Assembly: GCA_964568425.1 (NCBI GenBank)
Contig: CAZMPO010000011.1
Span: forward strand, 634-64,633
DNA length: 64,000 bases
Origin: an uncultured Lachnospiraceae bacterium
Lineage (GTDB): Bacteria > Bacillota > Clostridia > Oscillospirales > CAG-272
Direction of reading: 5' to 3'
Every line of letters starts with the position of its first letter. Position 1 is the stretch's first letter. Below the pieces are notes generated by a model, which was given only the letters and a program-made list of their open reading frames with translations, had not been told where the DNA came from and did not search any database. Shown here piece by piece: positions 18,855-29,856 of the stretch. A program made the translations under genes and the position numbers.

Positions 18855-21119
18855 GCAATTCTCGTAATAATGGAGTCTCCATCAAAGGCAAGCACCGTCC
18901 AAGGATATCTCGGTTCGGGATACAAGGTCGTTGCGTCCGTCGGTCACGTGCGTGATCTTGCAAAAAGCACTTTATCGGTCGATGTTGACAACGGTTTTGA
19001 GCCGCATTACATCAACATTCGCGGCAAGGGAGATATCATAAAAGATCTTAAGAAAAAATACAAGGGTGCAACGAAGACATATCTTGCGACCGACTCAGAC
19101 CGTGAGGGCGAGGCGATCTCCTGGCATCTGGCAACAGTGCTCGGGATACCGATCGAGCAGACAAAAAGAATAACCTTCAACGAGGTCACCAAAGACGCGG
19201 TAAAGGCAGCCATTAAAAATCCGCGACAGATCGACATGGATCTTGTAAACTCACAGCAGGCAAGAAGAATACTTGACAGAATAGTCGGATACAAGCTCTC
19301 GCCCTTTCTCTGGTCAAAGGTAAGAAACGGGCTTTCGGCAGGAAGAGTTCAGTCTGTCGCGACAAGAATAATCGTTGACAGAGAAAACGAGATCGCCGAG
19401 TTTGTACCCGTCGAATATTGGAACATCATCGCAAACCACACAGGCGGCGATGGTACCGAGTTTAAGTCGAAATTCTACGGAAAAGACGACAAAAAGATCG
19501 AGATCCACTGCAAAGAGGATGCCGAAAAGATACTTTATGATCTTGAGGGCGGCAAATTTGTTGTCACATCGGTCAAGAAAGCTCTGAAAAAGAGAAATCC
19601 GCTTCCTCCGTTTACGACATCAACGATGCAGCAGGATTCATCACGCAAGCTCGGATTCCGCACCGACAAAACGATGAAGGTTGCCCAAGAGCTTTACGAG
19701 GGTGTCAACATCGGAGCCGAGAACGGCGGCTCGCAGGGTCTTATCACCTACATGCGTACCGATTCTCTGCGCATATCCAAAGATGCACAGGCGGCGGCAC
19801 TTGAATATATTGCTCGCGTATACGGAGAGGATTATTGTCCCGATTCTCCGCGCGTATACAAGACTAAATCGAGCGCGCAAGACGCACACGAGGCGATACG
19901 CCCATCGAACATGAAGTTCACCCCCGAGCTTCTGAAGAAATATCTGTCATCCGATCAATACAAGCTTTACAAGCTCATTTGGGACAGATTTGTGTCGAGC
20001 CAGATGGCATCAGCCGAATTTAACACCGTAAATGTCGGGATCGATTGCAACGGATATCTTTTCAAAACGAGCGGCTCAACGCTTAAGTTTAACGGTTTCC
20101 TTGCGGTCTATGATGACGGAGGAGATCAGGCATCGGCTGACAGCGATATAGTCACAAAGCTTCCCGAGCTTTATGAGGGCGAGCCGCTTGAGACAAAGCT
20201 CATCACGCCCGAACAGCATTTCACCGATCCGCCTCCGCGCTTCAACGAGGCGTCGTTCGTAAAATATCTTGAGGAAAAGGGCATCGGTCGTCCGTCAACA
20301 TTTGCGACTATCGTCTCAACGATCATATCGCGAGGATATGTAAAGCGCGAGGGCAAGATGCTCGTGCCGACCGAGCTCGGTAAAACAACGACCGAGCTTA
20401 TGGTAGACAATTTTCCCGAGATCGTTGACTGCGGATTTACCGCAAGCATGGAGGATGAGCTTGACTCGATCGCCGAGGGCGACATCACCATGACAGATGT
20501 ACTCGGCAAATTCTACGACAAATTCAAGGTCGATCTCGAGAAAGCCGAGAGCACCGTTTCGGGTCGCGAGTACAACATGCCGTCCGAGGAGACCGATATC
20601 ATATGCGACAAGTGCGGTGCAAAGATGGTCGTCAAGACAGGTCGTTACGGCAAATTTGCCGCCTGCCCGAACTATCCGACATGCAAGAACACGAAGCCGC
20701 TTGTTGAAAATACCAAAGAAAAGGCAAAGATCGCTACCAACGAAAGCGGCGAAAAGCTCGTTTGCGACAAATGCGGCGCGGACATGGTCGTCAGAAGCGG
20801 AAAATTCGGAACATTCTTTGCCTGCTCGCGTTATCCCGAGTGTAAAAACACATTAAAACTGCCGAGCGAGATCGGTGTTCCCTGCCCACTCTGCGGCGGA
20901 CCGATCGTTTCAAAGAACACACGCGGCAGAAAGCTCTTTTACGGGTGCTCACACTATCCCGAGTGCAATTTCTCGTCATGGGACAGACCCACAAACGAAA
21001 AATGCCCGACCTGCGGCTCGATGCTTTATATAAAGAAGGGCAAGCAGACAATATTCTGCAAAAACGAGGGTTGCGGCTACTCAAAAGAGCCGGACGAGGG
21101 CGAGCAGAAACAAAAGTAA
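18852..21119 (+). CDS. topA: DNA topoisomerase I (type IA)
   Basis: ESPSKA, SVGHVRDL, ATDSDREGE, SAGRVQS, ITYMRTDS catalytic Tyr, GIGRPST, C-terminal Zn ribbons; start TTG 18852 or ATG 18840. Confidence 0.97.
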   Translation: MAILVIMESPSKASTVQGYLGSGYKVVASVGHVRDLAKSTLSVDVDNGFEPHYINIRGKGDIIKDLKKKYKGATKTYLATDSDREGEAISWHLATVLGIPIEQTKRITFNEVTKDAVKAAIKNPRQIDMDLVNSQQARRILDRIVGYKLSPFLWSKVRNGLSAGRVQSVATRIIVDRENEIAEFVPVEYWNIIANHTGGDGTEFKSKFYGKDDKKIEIHCKEDAEKILYDLEGGKFVVTSVKKALKKRNPLPPFTTSTMQQDSSRKLGFRTDKTMKVAQELYEGVNIGAENGGSQGLITYMRTDSLRISKDAQAAALEYIARVYGEDYCPDSPRVYKTKSSAQDAHEAIRPSNMKFTPELLKKYLSSDQYKLYKLIWDRFVSSQMASAEFNTVNVGIDCNGYLFKTSGSTLKFNGFLAVYDDGGDQASADSDIVTKLPELYEGEPLETKLITPEQHFTDPPPRFNEASFVKYLEEKGIGRPSTFATIVSTIISRGYVKREGKMLVPTELGKTTTELMVDNFPEIVDCGFTASMEDELDSIAEGDITMTDVLGKFYDKFKVDLEKAESTVSGREYNMPSEETDIICDKCGAKMVVKTGRYGKFAACPNYPTCKNTKPLVENTKEKAKIATNESGEKLVCDKCGADMVVRSGKFGTFFACSRYPECKNTLKLPSEIGVPCPLCGGPIVSKNTRGRKLFYGCSHYPECNFSSWDRPTNEKCPTCGSMLYIKKGKQTIFCKNEGCGYSKEPDEGEQKQK

Positions 21120-21139
21120 TCACGAAAGTAAAGTAAGCA

Positions 21140-22468
21140 ATGAAAGAAAAGATCAATGTATTCGGTGCGGGACTTGCCGGAGCTGAGGCGGCATGGCAAG
21201 CGGCAAGACTTGGTGTCAAGGTGGATCTGTACGAGATGAAGCCGCAAAAATTCAGCCCCGCGCACCACAGCGAAGGGTTTGCCGAGCTTGTTTGCTCAAA
21301 CTCCCTGCGCTCGAATCAGCTCTCGAATGCCGTCGGTCTGCTAAAGGCTGAGCTTTGCGAGCTTGGCAGTCTTATAATGGACTCGGCGATCAAAAACGCA
21401 GTCCCCGCCGGCTCGGCTCTCGCCGTTGACCGGCATGCCTTTTCGGGGTACATCACAAAGATGCTTGAAGGCAACCCTCTCATAACGATCCATCGCGAAG
21501 AGGTGACATCGATCCCGGACGGTGAGATAACGGTCGTCGCGACCGGACCGCTTACATCGGATGATTTTTCCGACTATCTTACAGCCTATCTCGGCAAGGA
21601 CTCTCTGCACTTTTTTGACGCCGCGGCTCCGATCGTTGATGCGTCAACGATCAACATGGAGCGTGCCTATCTTGCGTCGAGATACGGCAAGGGTGAGGCG
21701 TGCTACATCAACTGTCCCATGAGCAAGGAAGAATATCTTGCATTTTACGAGGCGTTGATCACCGCTCGCGAGGCACCGCTTAAGAGCTTTGACCGCGAGA
21801 TGCAGACCGATCTGACCGTATTTGAAGGGTGTATGCCTGTCGAGATCATGGCAAAGAGGGGTCCGGATACCCTTCTCTACGGTCCTCTGAAACCGGTCGG
21901 TCTTCCGGATCCCAAAACAGGCAAAGAGCCGTATGCCGTCGTTCAGCTTCGGCAGGAAAATATCGAGAAGACGATGTACAACATGGTCGGATTTCAGACT
22001 CATCTTGCTTTTGACGAGCAGAGGCGTGTTTTCGGCATGATCCCGGGGCTTGAGAGTGCAACATTTCTAAGATACGGTGTTATGCACCGAAACAGCTTTA
22101 TAAATTCTCCGTCGCTTCTTTCTCCCGACTACTCATTAAGGGATCGCCCGAATGTATTTTTCGCAGGTCAGATGACCGGGGTCGAAGGGTACATTGAATC
22201 GGCATCGTCGGGATTTGTCGCAGGGCTCAATGCCGCGCGTGCGGCTCTTGGGAAAAAGCGAGTGATCTTTCCGTCGCTTACGGCGATCGGGGCACTTGCG
22301 AAATATGTAAGTTCGTCGACATCCGCCTCTTTTCAGCCGATGAATGTCAATTTCGGAATAGTCGATCCGCTTGACAGAAAGGTCAAGGGCGGAAAAGCGG
22401 CAAGAAACGAGCAGATCTCGGCGCGTTCGCTCGAGGCAATAAAAGAAATATCGGAATCGATGAGTTAG
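21140..22468 (+). CDS. trmFO: tRNA m5U54 methyltransferase TrmFO (folate/FAD dependent)
   Basis: GAGLAGAEAAWQ, ELVCSNS, GLKPVGL-like GPLKPVGL, GVMHRN, AGQMTGVEGY. Confidence 0.96.
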   Translation: MKEKINVFGAGLAGAEAAWQAARLGVKVDLYEMKPQKFSPAHHSEGFAELVCSNSLRSNQLSNAVGLLKAELCELGSLIMDSAIKNAVPAGSALAVDRHAFSGYITKMLEGNPLITIHREEVTSIPDGEITVVATGPLTSDDFSDYLTAYLGKDSLHFFDAAAPIVDASTINMERAYLASRYGKGEACYINCPMSKEEYLAFYEALITAREAPLKSFDREMQTDLTVFEGCMPVEIMAKRGPDTLLYGPLKPVGLPDPKTGKEPYAVVQLRQENIEKTMYNMVGFQTHLAFDEQRRVFGMIPGLESATFLRYGVMHRNSFINSPSLLSPDYSLRDRPNVFFAGQMTGVEGYIESASSGFVAGLNAARAALGKKRVIFPSLTAIGALAKYVSSSTSASFQPMNVNFGIVDPLDRKVKGGKAARNEQISARSLEAIKEISESMS

Positions 22469-22499
22469 TGACCATCGAAGAAGAAAGGATCTTGGTTAT

Positions 22500-23498
22500 A
22501 TGAAAATAATAGTTGACGCGATGGGCGGCGACCTCGGATCTGCCGAGGTAGTCAAAGGTGCGCTTAATGCCGCAAAGACATTTGGCAATGAGCTGATACT
22601 TGTCGGCGATCATGATGAAATACAAAAAGCCATATCGGAGTATCCCGAGAAGATCTCGGGCGTGCAGATCGTGCATGCGGACGATGTTATCAAAATGACC
22701 GATGACCCCATGTCTGTCAGAACGATGCCGAATTCTTCTATGAGAGTTGCGATCGATCTGCTTGCAAAAGGTGAGGGCAATGCTCTTGTTAGCTGTGGCA
22801 ACACGGGTGCGCTCCAAACAGGCGCGACGCTCTACGCAAAGCGTATTAAGGGCATACACAGAGCGGCTATCGGCGCGATAATGCCGATGACCTGCCCCGT
22901 GCTTCTGCTCGACAGCGGCGCGAATGTGACCGTAACGCCCGAATATCTCTATCAGTTTGCGGTGATGGGCTCGATATACATGGAAAAGCTGTATTCGCTG
23001 AAATCCGCGCGCGTCGGTCTTCTCAACATCGGAGCAGAGGAGAAAAAGGGCACGCCGCTTCAGACCGAGACATACAAGCTTCTCTCGGAGTCGAAAAACA
23101 TCAATTTTGTCGGAAATATCGAGGGCAAGGACATACCGTTCGGCAAGTGCGATGTAGTCATTACCGACGGCTATACCGGCAACATCTGTCTTAAATCGAC
23201 CGAGGGTGCTGTTGCATATCTGATCGGTATTCTCAAAAATATTTTCAAGAAAAGTCTTCGCGGCAAGATCGCCTATCTTCTTATCAGAAAAGAGATGGCG
23301 GGACTTAAGGTACAGATGGACGTCAAAGCGCACGGCGGAGCACCGATACTCGGAATATCTCACCCGGTCATAAAGGCACACGGGAACTCGGATGCCCGTG
23401 CAATCGAAAGTGCGATCAAGCAAGCGATCACATTCTCTAACGCCGAGATCATCGATGAAATAACAAAAAAACTTTCCGTGCGTGAATCGGGTGACTGA
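22500..23498 (+). CDS. plsX: Phosphate acyltransferase PlsX
   Basis: IIVDAMGGD, VSCGNTGAL, LDSGAN, GLLNIGAEEKKG, IKAHGNS. Confidence 0.96.
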   Translation: MKIIVDAMGGDLGSAEVVKGALNAAKTFGNELILVGDHDEIQKAISEYPEKISGVQIVHADDVIKMTDDPMSVRTMPNSSMRVAIDLLAKGEGNALVSCGNTGALQTGATLYAKRIKGIHRAAIGAIMPMTCPVLLLDSGANVTVTPEYLYQFAVMGSIYMEKLYSLKSARVGLLNIGAEEKKGTPLQTETYKLLSESKNINFVGNIEGKDIPFGKCDVVITDGYTGNICLKSTEGAVAYLIGILKNIFKKSLRGKIAYLLIRKEMAGLKVQMDVKAHGGAPILGISHPVIKAHGNSDARAIESAIKQAITFSNAEIIDEITKKLSVRESGD

Positions 23499-23499
23499 A

Positions 23500-24258
23500 A
23501 TGAGACAACTTGGTTTATCATACGCACAAAACATCAAAGGTGCGGACGCGGCATATCTTCGCGATCTTCATGATTTCGAGGAGATCATCGGGTACAAATT
23601 CAAGGACATTAACTTACTCGTTCGAGCACTGACACACTCATCGTTTGCAAACGAAGAAAAAACAAAAGGGGTCACGGTCCACTGCAATGAGCGAATGGAG
23701 TTTCTTGGCGACAGCGTGCTCTCGCTTGTTGTAAGTACATATCTGTTTGAAAACTTTCCGAGACTTAACGAAGGCGAGATGTCAAAGCTCCGTGCCTACG
23801 CGGTCTGCGAGCGAGCACTCGCCGAATATGCCGCGAAGATAAAGCTCGGCAGTTATTTAAGGCTTGGACGCGGAGAGGACAACGCAAGCGGCAGAAGTCG
23901 TCCGTCGATCACCTCCGACGCATTCGAGGCTGTTATCGCGGCGATATATCTTGACAGCAGATCGATAGAGAGTGCCGAAAAGTTTGTTCTTCCCTATGCT
24001 ACAGAAAAGATCGCCGAATATGACAGTGAGCACATGGGAACCGATTACAAAACACTGCTTCAACAGATAGTACAACAGGAAAAGGGCGAGGTTCTCGAAT
24101 ATGTTCTTGTGAGCGAGAGCGGACCGTCGCACAACAAATCCTTCGAGATCGAGGCAAGGCTCAACAGCAATGTCATCGGTAGGGGTGCGGGAAAGAGCAA
24201 GCGCATTGCCGAACAGCTTGCCGCAAAGCAGGCACTCACGCTTTTCGGCGACAAATAA
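23500..24258 (+). CDS. rnc: Ribonuclease III
   Basis: ALTHSS, NERMEFLGDSVL, SDAFEA, dsRBD DYKTLLQQ...G.GKSKRIAEQ. Confidence 0.96.
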   Translation: MRQLGLSYAQNIKGADAAYLRDLHDFEEIIGYKFKDINLLVRALTHSSFANEEKTKGVTVHCNERMEFLGDSVLSLVVSTYLFENFPRLNEGEMSKLRAYAVCERALAEYAAKIKLGSYLRLGRGEDNASGRSRPSITSDAFEAVIAAIYLDSRSIESAEKFVLPYATEKIAEYDSEHMGTDYKTLLQQIVQQEKGEVLEYVLVSESGPSHNKSFEIEARLNSNVIGRGAGKSKRIAEQLAAKQALTLFGDK

Positions 24259-24264
24259 GCTAAA

Positions 24265-25290
24265 ATGACAGCAAAAAAACACAAAACCATACCGATATTC
24301 GTTCCGCATCTCGGTTGTCCTCACGACTGCATTTTTTGCAATCAAAGAACCATCACGGGCGTTGGAAGCTTCGATATTTCGAGGGTCAGGCAAAACATCG
24401 ACGATGCGCTCTCAACCATCGATCCTGCGTGCAAGCCCGAAATTGCCTTCTTTGGCGGATCGTTTACCGGCATTGATCGGACGCTGATGATCAAGCTGTT
24501 AGAAATAGCAAACGATTATATTGACAGAGGACTTATCTCATCTATCAGATGCTCCACAAGACCCGACTATATTGACGACGAAAAGCTTAACATTCTCAAA
24601 AAATACAATCTTAAAACGATCGAGCTCGGTGTACAAAGCATGTCGGACAAGGTTCTTATCGCATCAAGCAGAGGTCACACCGCCGACCAAACAAGATCTT
24701 CGGTCAAAAAGATCATTGATGCCGGCTTTGATCTTGTCGGGCAGATGATGATCGGTCTGCCCGCATCAGGACCCGAGGACGAGCTTGAATGCGCAAGATT
24801 TATTGCAAGCTCGGGTGCTGTCGGAGCGCGGATCTACCCGACCGTCGTTTTTGCAAAAACCGGACTTGAAGCACTCATGCGTACCGGCAAATACCCACCG
24901 CTCACCGTGGAGGATGCTGTCGAGAGATCGGCAGATGTCGCAGAAATACTTATTGATGCAAACATAAAGCTGTTAAGGATCGGTCTGTGCGAATCAGACG
25001 GGCTTCACGCGACAGATGGAGCTGTCGGAGGAGCCGTCCATCCCGCCCTTGGCGAGTTGTGCGTCTCTGAGATCTACAGACGCAAAATTTGCCTTGAGAT
25101 CGAGCGCGCAAATCCGTGTGAAGGGTCGGATATTGAGATCAAAGTCCCGAGGGGTGCGCTGTCGAAAGCGATCGGGCAAAAAAGATCAAACAAGAATTAT
25201 CTGCTAAAAAAATACAATTTCAACAAGATCAGATTTACCGAAGTTGACGCCGATGAATTTACCGTCAGTGTCGCTTGCTCGGGTGTCTGA
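24265..25290 (+). CDS. Elp3-like radical SAM protein (no acetyltransferase domain)
   Basis: IPIFVPHLGCPHDCIFCNQ CxxxCxxC, FFGGSFT, STRPD, IELGVQS. Confidence 0.85.
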   Translation: MTAKKHKTIPIFVPHLGCPHDCIFCNQRTITGVGSFDISRVRQNIDDALSTIDPACKPEIAFFGGSFTGIDRTLMIKLLEIANDYIDRGLISSIRCSTRPDYIDDEKLNILKKYNLKTIELGVQSMSDKVLIASSRGHTADQTRSSVKKIIDAGFDLVGQMMIGLPASGPEDELECARFIASSGAVGARIYPTVVFAKTGLEALMRTGKYPPLTVEDAVERSADVAEILIDANIKLLRIGLCESDGLHATDGAVGGAVHPALGELCVSEIYRRKICLEIERANPCEGSDIEIKVPRGALSKAIGQKRSNKNYLLKKYNFNKIRFTEVDADEFTVSVACSGV

Positions 25291-25315
25291 TCGATCTCCG
25301 ACGAAAGGAAAAAAC

Positions 25316-28300
25316 ATGCGTCTAAAATCACTTGAGCTTCACGGATTTAAGTCATTCCCCGATCGCACGAAGATAAATTTTTCAGAGGGCATGACGGTCA
25401 TAGTCGGACCGAACGGAAGCGGAAAATCAAATATATCCGATGCTATCAGGTGGGTTCTCGGAGACCTTTCCGCGAAAAACATTCGCGGAAACAAGATGGA
25501 GGATGTCATCTTCGGCGGAACCGACGGCAGGTCGCCGATGTCATTTGCCGAGGTTTCGCTGACCATAGAAAACACGGGTGAAAATCGAATTGAAAACGAT
25601 TTTGACGAGATAAAAATAGCAAGAAGATACTACCGCTCGGGTGACAGCGAATATCTGATCAACAACAAAGTATCAAGGCTTCGCGACATAACCGAGATGT
25701 TTATGAACACGGGAATCGGCAAGACAGGCTATTCGATCGTCGGTCAGGGCAGAGTCTCCGAGATAATATCACAAAAGAGCGAGGAGCGGCGACTGATATT
25801 CGAGGAAGCCGCAGGGATATCCAAATATCGCTTTAAGAAGCAAGAGGCGGAGCGTCGTCTTGCCGACACGGACGAAAACTTAGTCAGGGTCACCGACATT
25901 GCCTCCGAGCTAGAAGGGCGGATCGGACCGCTTGAAAAAGACGCCGCAAAGGCAAAGGTCTATCTTGACCTATATGAGAAGAAAAAAGCCGCCGACATAG
26001 CCATCGCCGTATTTGACATGGAGAAGATCAACTCAAGCTCCAGGGTCATAGAGGACGACTACAGGGCATCCGAGCGAGAGCTTGAGATATCGGACGATGC
26101 CATCGCGTCGTATGATACAAGGATCGAGCGTCTCGGGGAGATGTTAAACGAAAGCAAGGCAGATCGCGACCGTCTTTCTCGCGAGGCAGGCGAGCTCGGA
26201 AACGAGGCGCACGCGATAGACGGAGAGCTTCTCGTAATGAAGAACGAGCTGTCGCATCTTGAATTTTCGTTTGAAACCTCACAAAAAACGCTCGACGGAT
26301 TAATGAACACGATCGAAAATAAAAAAGCCGATGCCAACAGTGCCGAGGAAGATCACAAGAGCGCAAGTGACAAATATGCGGATGCCGAAAAGCGATACGC
26401 CGACGCGACAGAAAATCTTTCTTTGTCGCGAGAAAGGCTTGCCGAACTTTACGACAGGATATCGACGCTTGACGCGCAAAAGAGTGAGGTTGTTCGTCTG
26501 CACACCGATGCAAGGATTGCGCTTTCGGCACTCGACGAGACCAAAAGCACGATCGAGGGGCGCAAAGCCGAAATAAGTGCCGAGATGTCATCTACCGACA
26601 GTGCGATCCTGCAGACAAGATCGGAGATCGGCGCAGTTGAACGAACACTTGAAAAGTACAAGGCAAAGCTTGACGAGATCGAGGCAAGGCGCGCTGAGCT
26701 TGCAAGCCTTCGCGGCAGACAGGCGGACATGCTTGAAGGTCTCCAAAGGGAGTACAACACGCTTTTAGCTCAGATCTCATCGATGGATCAGCGTGCGCTG
26801 ACGCTCAAAAGAATGGAGGAACACTTTGAAGGTTACTCCAAGAGCGTAAAGTTCATCGCCGATGCATCAGCCTCAGGAAGACTTTTTGGGATATGCGGTC
26901 CTGTTTCGCAAATAATCCAGGTCGACAGAAAGTACAGCGTTGCAATCGAGACTGCACTCGGAGCGAACATACAGAACATCATTGTCGAAAACGAGCAAGC
27001 GGCAAAATCGGCGATCGCGCTCTTAAAAAGAGAAAACGCGGGACGGTCGACATTTTATCCGATAACATCAATGCGACCATCGAGGTTAAATCTCCAGACA
27101 TTTGTTAAAAAAAGTCAAGGATTTATCGGCATCGCGTCGGATATCGTAAAATACGACAGCAAGTATTACCCCGTGATATCGTCAATACTCGGCAAGACTC
27201 TCATTTTTGACAACCTCGAAAATGCGTCCGCGACCGCAAAGCAGAGCGGATACACATTAAGAATAGTTACGCTCGACGGACAGATAATAAATGCCGGCGG
27301 TTCATTCACGGGCGGATCAGCCAAGCGTGACAGCGGCATACTCACACGAACCATCGAGATCGATGAAATGCTTGATGCAAAGAAAAAAGCCGAGGAAAAA
27401 GCCGCCGCAACAAAGAAAAAAATCGACGATGCAACAAATTCGAGCGATGAGAGTGACGACGAAAACGATCGTCTGTCAAACGATTTTGCGCTCTTCTCTG
27501 CTCTTTACAGATCCGAACAGACCGCGCTCTCATTTAAGCGTTCAAAGCTTGACGAGCAAAATGAGAAAAAGTCCTCACTCGATGAGAGTCTGAAGGGGCT
27601 TATTTTGCAGGAGAGCGAAAAAGAGGGCAAGCGAGCAAGGATCAGAGACAACTGTGAGGCGTATGCCAAAGCGGAGGTCGAGATACAAGAGAAGCTCGAT
27701 GTCGCAAATCACGAAAAGAATAATGCCGAGGGCGAAACAAACGCTCTTATCAGCGAGAAAAACGAGGCGTTGACCGCCGTTTCGGTCTGCAAAAAGGAAC
27801 TTGAGATCGCGGGAGAGCGATATGACAGACTCATGGCGGAGATAGAAACGCTCGGCGACGAGAGAGTCAAAACAGAGGATGCCATAAGCATTTCCACACG
27901 GCGAATTGGCGAAATAAAGGACAAAATACGCTCATCCGAGGACATGCTTGCCGACTACAACAAGAGGCTTGCCGATGCTAAAGAGGGCGAATCGTCGCTT
28001 GGCGAAAAATCGCTCGAACTCGAAAAAGAGATCAACGATCTGCGTCGCAAATCGAAAGAGCTGTCCCGTGAAAGGGAGAGCACGTTTATTCGATACACGA
28101 CGCTCAAATCAAAATTTGAGTCGATCTCGACCGAAAAGACAAAGATCACCGACAGGCTTTGGGAGGATTACGATCTGACCTATGCGGATGCACAAAATGC
28201 CGCATTCGAGCCCGTGACCGAGGAGACAAGAGGCAGGCGTGTCAGCGAGCAGGCAAAGCTGAGGTCGAAGATACGAGAGCTCGGAAATGTAAATGTTGAT

Positions 28301-28903
28301 GCCATCGAGGAATACACAAAGGTCAAAGAGCGTTTTGAATTTCTTTCGACGCAGATAAACGATCTGAACAAATCAAAGAAGGAATTTACCGATATTATAT
28401 CGAAGCTTGAGGTCGAAATGTGCCGCAAATTCAGCGAAACATTCGAGAAGGTGAACGAGAACTTCAAAGAGGTCTTTGCCGAGCTCTTTGGCGGTGGAAG
28501 CGGATCACTGACGCTTACCGATCCCGAAAATGTTTTAACGAGCGGAATCGAGATCAACGTCGCGCCTCCCGGCAAGATCATAAAAAATCTGAAGCTTTTA
28601 TCCGGAGGCGAGCAGGTATTTGTCGCTATCGGGATCTTCTTTGCCATCCTAAAGGTCAATCCGTCGCCGTTTTGTCTGCTTGACGAGATAGAATCAGCAC
28701 TTGACGAGGTCAATGTTGACAGATTCGCAAGCTATGCTCGAAACTACTCGGATAACACGCAGTTTATCATCATCACGCACCGCAGAGGAACAATGGAGGA
28801 GGCGGACACGCTTTACGGAGTTACGATGCAGGAACGCGGTATTTCTAAGATATTGTCGATCAATGTAAGCGAGGTCGAGCAAAAGCTCGGTGTCAAGCTT
28901 TGA
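25316..28903 (+). CDS. smc: Chromosome segregation protein SMC
   Basis: GFKSF, GPNGSGKSN, long coiled coils with hinge, LSGGE, LDEIESALDE. Confidence 0.98.
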   Translation: MRLKSLELHGFKSFPDRTKINFSEGMTVIVGPNGSGKSNISDAIRWVLGDLSAKNIRGNKMEDVIFGGTDGRSPMSFAEVSLTIENTGENRIENDFDEIKIARRYYRSGDSEYLINNKVSRLRDITEMFMNTGIGKTGYSIVGQGRVSEIISQKSEERRLIFEEAAGISKYRFKKQEAERRLADTDENLVRVTDIASELEGRIGPLEKDAAKAKVYLDLYEKKKAADIAIAVFDMEKINSSSRVIEDDYRASERELEISDDAIASYDTRIERLGEMLNESKADRDRLSREAGELGNEAHAIDGELLVMKNELSHLEFSFETSQKTLDGLMNTIENKKADANSAEEDHKSASDKYADAEKRYADATENLSLSRERLAELYDRISTLDAQKSEVVRLHTDARIALSALDETKSTIEGRKAEISAEMSSTDSAILQTRSEIGAVERTLEKYKAKLDEIEARRAELASLRGRQADMLEGLQREYNTLLAQISSMDQRALTLKRMEEHFEGYSKSVKFIADASASGRLFGICGPVSQIIQVDRKYSVAIETALGANIQNIIVENEQAAKSAIALLKRENAGRSTFYPITSMRPSRLNLQTFVKKSQGFIGIASDIVKYDSKYYPVISSILGKTLIFDNLENASATAKQSGYTLRIVTLDGQIINAGGSFTGGSAKRDSGILTRTIEIDEMLDAKKKAEEKAAATKKKIDDATNSSDESDDENDRLSNDFALFSALYRSEQTALSFKRSKLDEQNEKKSSLDESLKGLILQESEKEGKRARIRDNCEAYAKAEVEIQEKLDVANHEKNNAEGETNALISEKNEALTAVSVCKKELEIAGERYDRLMAEIETLGDERVKTEDAISISTRRIGEIKDKIRSSEDMLADYNKRLADAKEGESSLGEKSLELEKEINDLRRKSKELSRERESTFIRYTTLKSKFESISTEKTKITDRLWEDYDLTYADAQNAAFEPVTEETRGRRVSEQAKLRSKIRELGNVNVDAIEEYTKVKERFEFLSTQINDLNKSKKEFTDIISKLEVEMCRKFSETFEKVNENFKEVFAELFGGGSGSLTLTDPENVLTSGIEINVAPPGKIIKNLKLLSGGEQVFVAIGIFFAILKVNPSPFCLLDEIESALDEVNVDRFASYARNYSDNTQFIIITHRRGTMEEADTLYGVTMQERGISKILSINVSEVEQKLGVKL

Positions 28904-28934
28904 TCGAGAGCACACAAAGAAAGGAACAAATGCC

Positions 28935-29834
28935 ATGGGTTTTTTTGAGAAACTAAAAAACGGGCTTTTCAAGTCAAGAAATTCATTTTTCGGAAGAATT
29001 GCCGCTCTATTTAAGAGAGGGGTGGACGAGGACACGCTCGACGAGCTTGAGGAGATCCTGATTTCAGCCGATGTCGGTGTATCGTCGACCGAAGAAATAC
29101 TTGACAGGCTGAGAGAGCGAATAAAAGAAGAAAAGATCACCGAGGGCGATGCCGCAACAGCCGCTCTCAAGGAGATACTCGTTGAGATGATCGGAGAGAG
29201 CTCTCCCGTTGACATGACCACCAAGCCGTCTGTCATACTTGTTATCGGCGTAAATGGTGTCGGAAAGACCACATCGATCGGCAAGATCGCAAATCACCTA
29301 AAGTCGGAGGGGAAAAACGTAATTCTTGCCGCCGCCGACACCTTCCGCGCAGGTGCGATCGATCAGCTTGATGTTTGGGCAGGACGCGCAGGGGTTGAGC
29401 TTATAAAGCAAAACGAAGGCAGTGACCCTGCGGCTGTCGTATTTGATGCGATATCCGCCGCAAAGAAGCGCGGAGCGGACGTTTTGATGGTTGACACTGC
29501 CGGCAGACTGCACAATAAAAAGAATTTGATGGCAGAGCTTGCCAAGATCAATCGCGTTATCGACCGCGAGCTTCCCGGATGCGCGCGCGAGACCCTGCTC
29601 GTCCTTGACGCAACGACAGGTCAAAATGCGGTAAATCAAGCAAAAGAGTTCAAGAACTGTGCCGAAATAACCGGTCTTGTGCTGACAAAGCTTGACGGCA
29701 CAGCAAAAGGTGGTGTTGTATTCTCGATCAAAGAGCTTCTCGACATTCCCGTAAAGTACATCGGTGTCGGCGAGCAGATCGACGATCTGCGCCCGTTTGA
29801 ACCGACGGCTTTTGTTGACGCGCTTTTTGACTGA
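28935..29834 (+). CDS. ftsY: Signal recognition particle receptor FtsY
   Basis: GVNGVGKTTSIGK, DTFRAGA, DTAGR, TKLDGTAKGG. Confidence 0.97.
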   Translation: MGFFEKLKNGLFKSRNSFFGRIAALFKRGVDEDTLDELEEILISADVGVSSTEEILDRLRERIKEEKITEGDAATAALKEILVEMIGESSPVDMTTKPSVILVIGVNGVGKTTSIGKIANHLKSEGKNVILAAADTFRAGAIDQLDVWAGRAGVELIKQNEGSDPAAVVFDAISAAKKRGADVLMVDTAGRLHNKKNLMAELAKINRVIDRELPGCARETLLVLDATTGQNAVNQAKEFKNCAEITGLVLTKLDGTAKGGVVFSIKELLDIPVKYIGVGEQIDDLRPFEPTAFVDALFD

Positions 29835-29856
29835 CAGCAACAGAGGGCAATACAAA

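Noticed and set aside
22383-23537. Long minus-strand ORF (384 aa) and similar antisense ORFs (e.g. 11104-11934, 43146-43874, 50228-51082, 61110-62273)
   Set aside because: They are shadows of well-supported housekeeping genes on the opposite strand, with no recognisable motifs or ribosome-binding sites.
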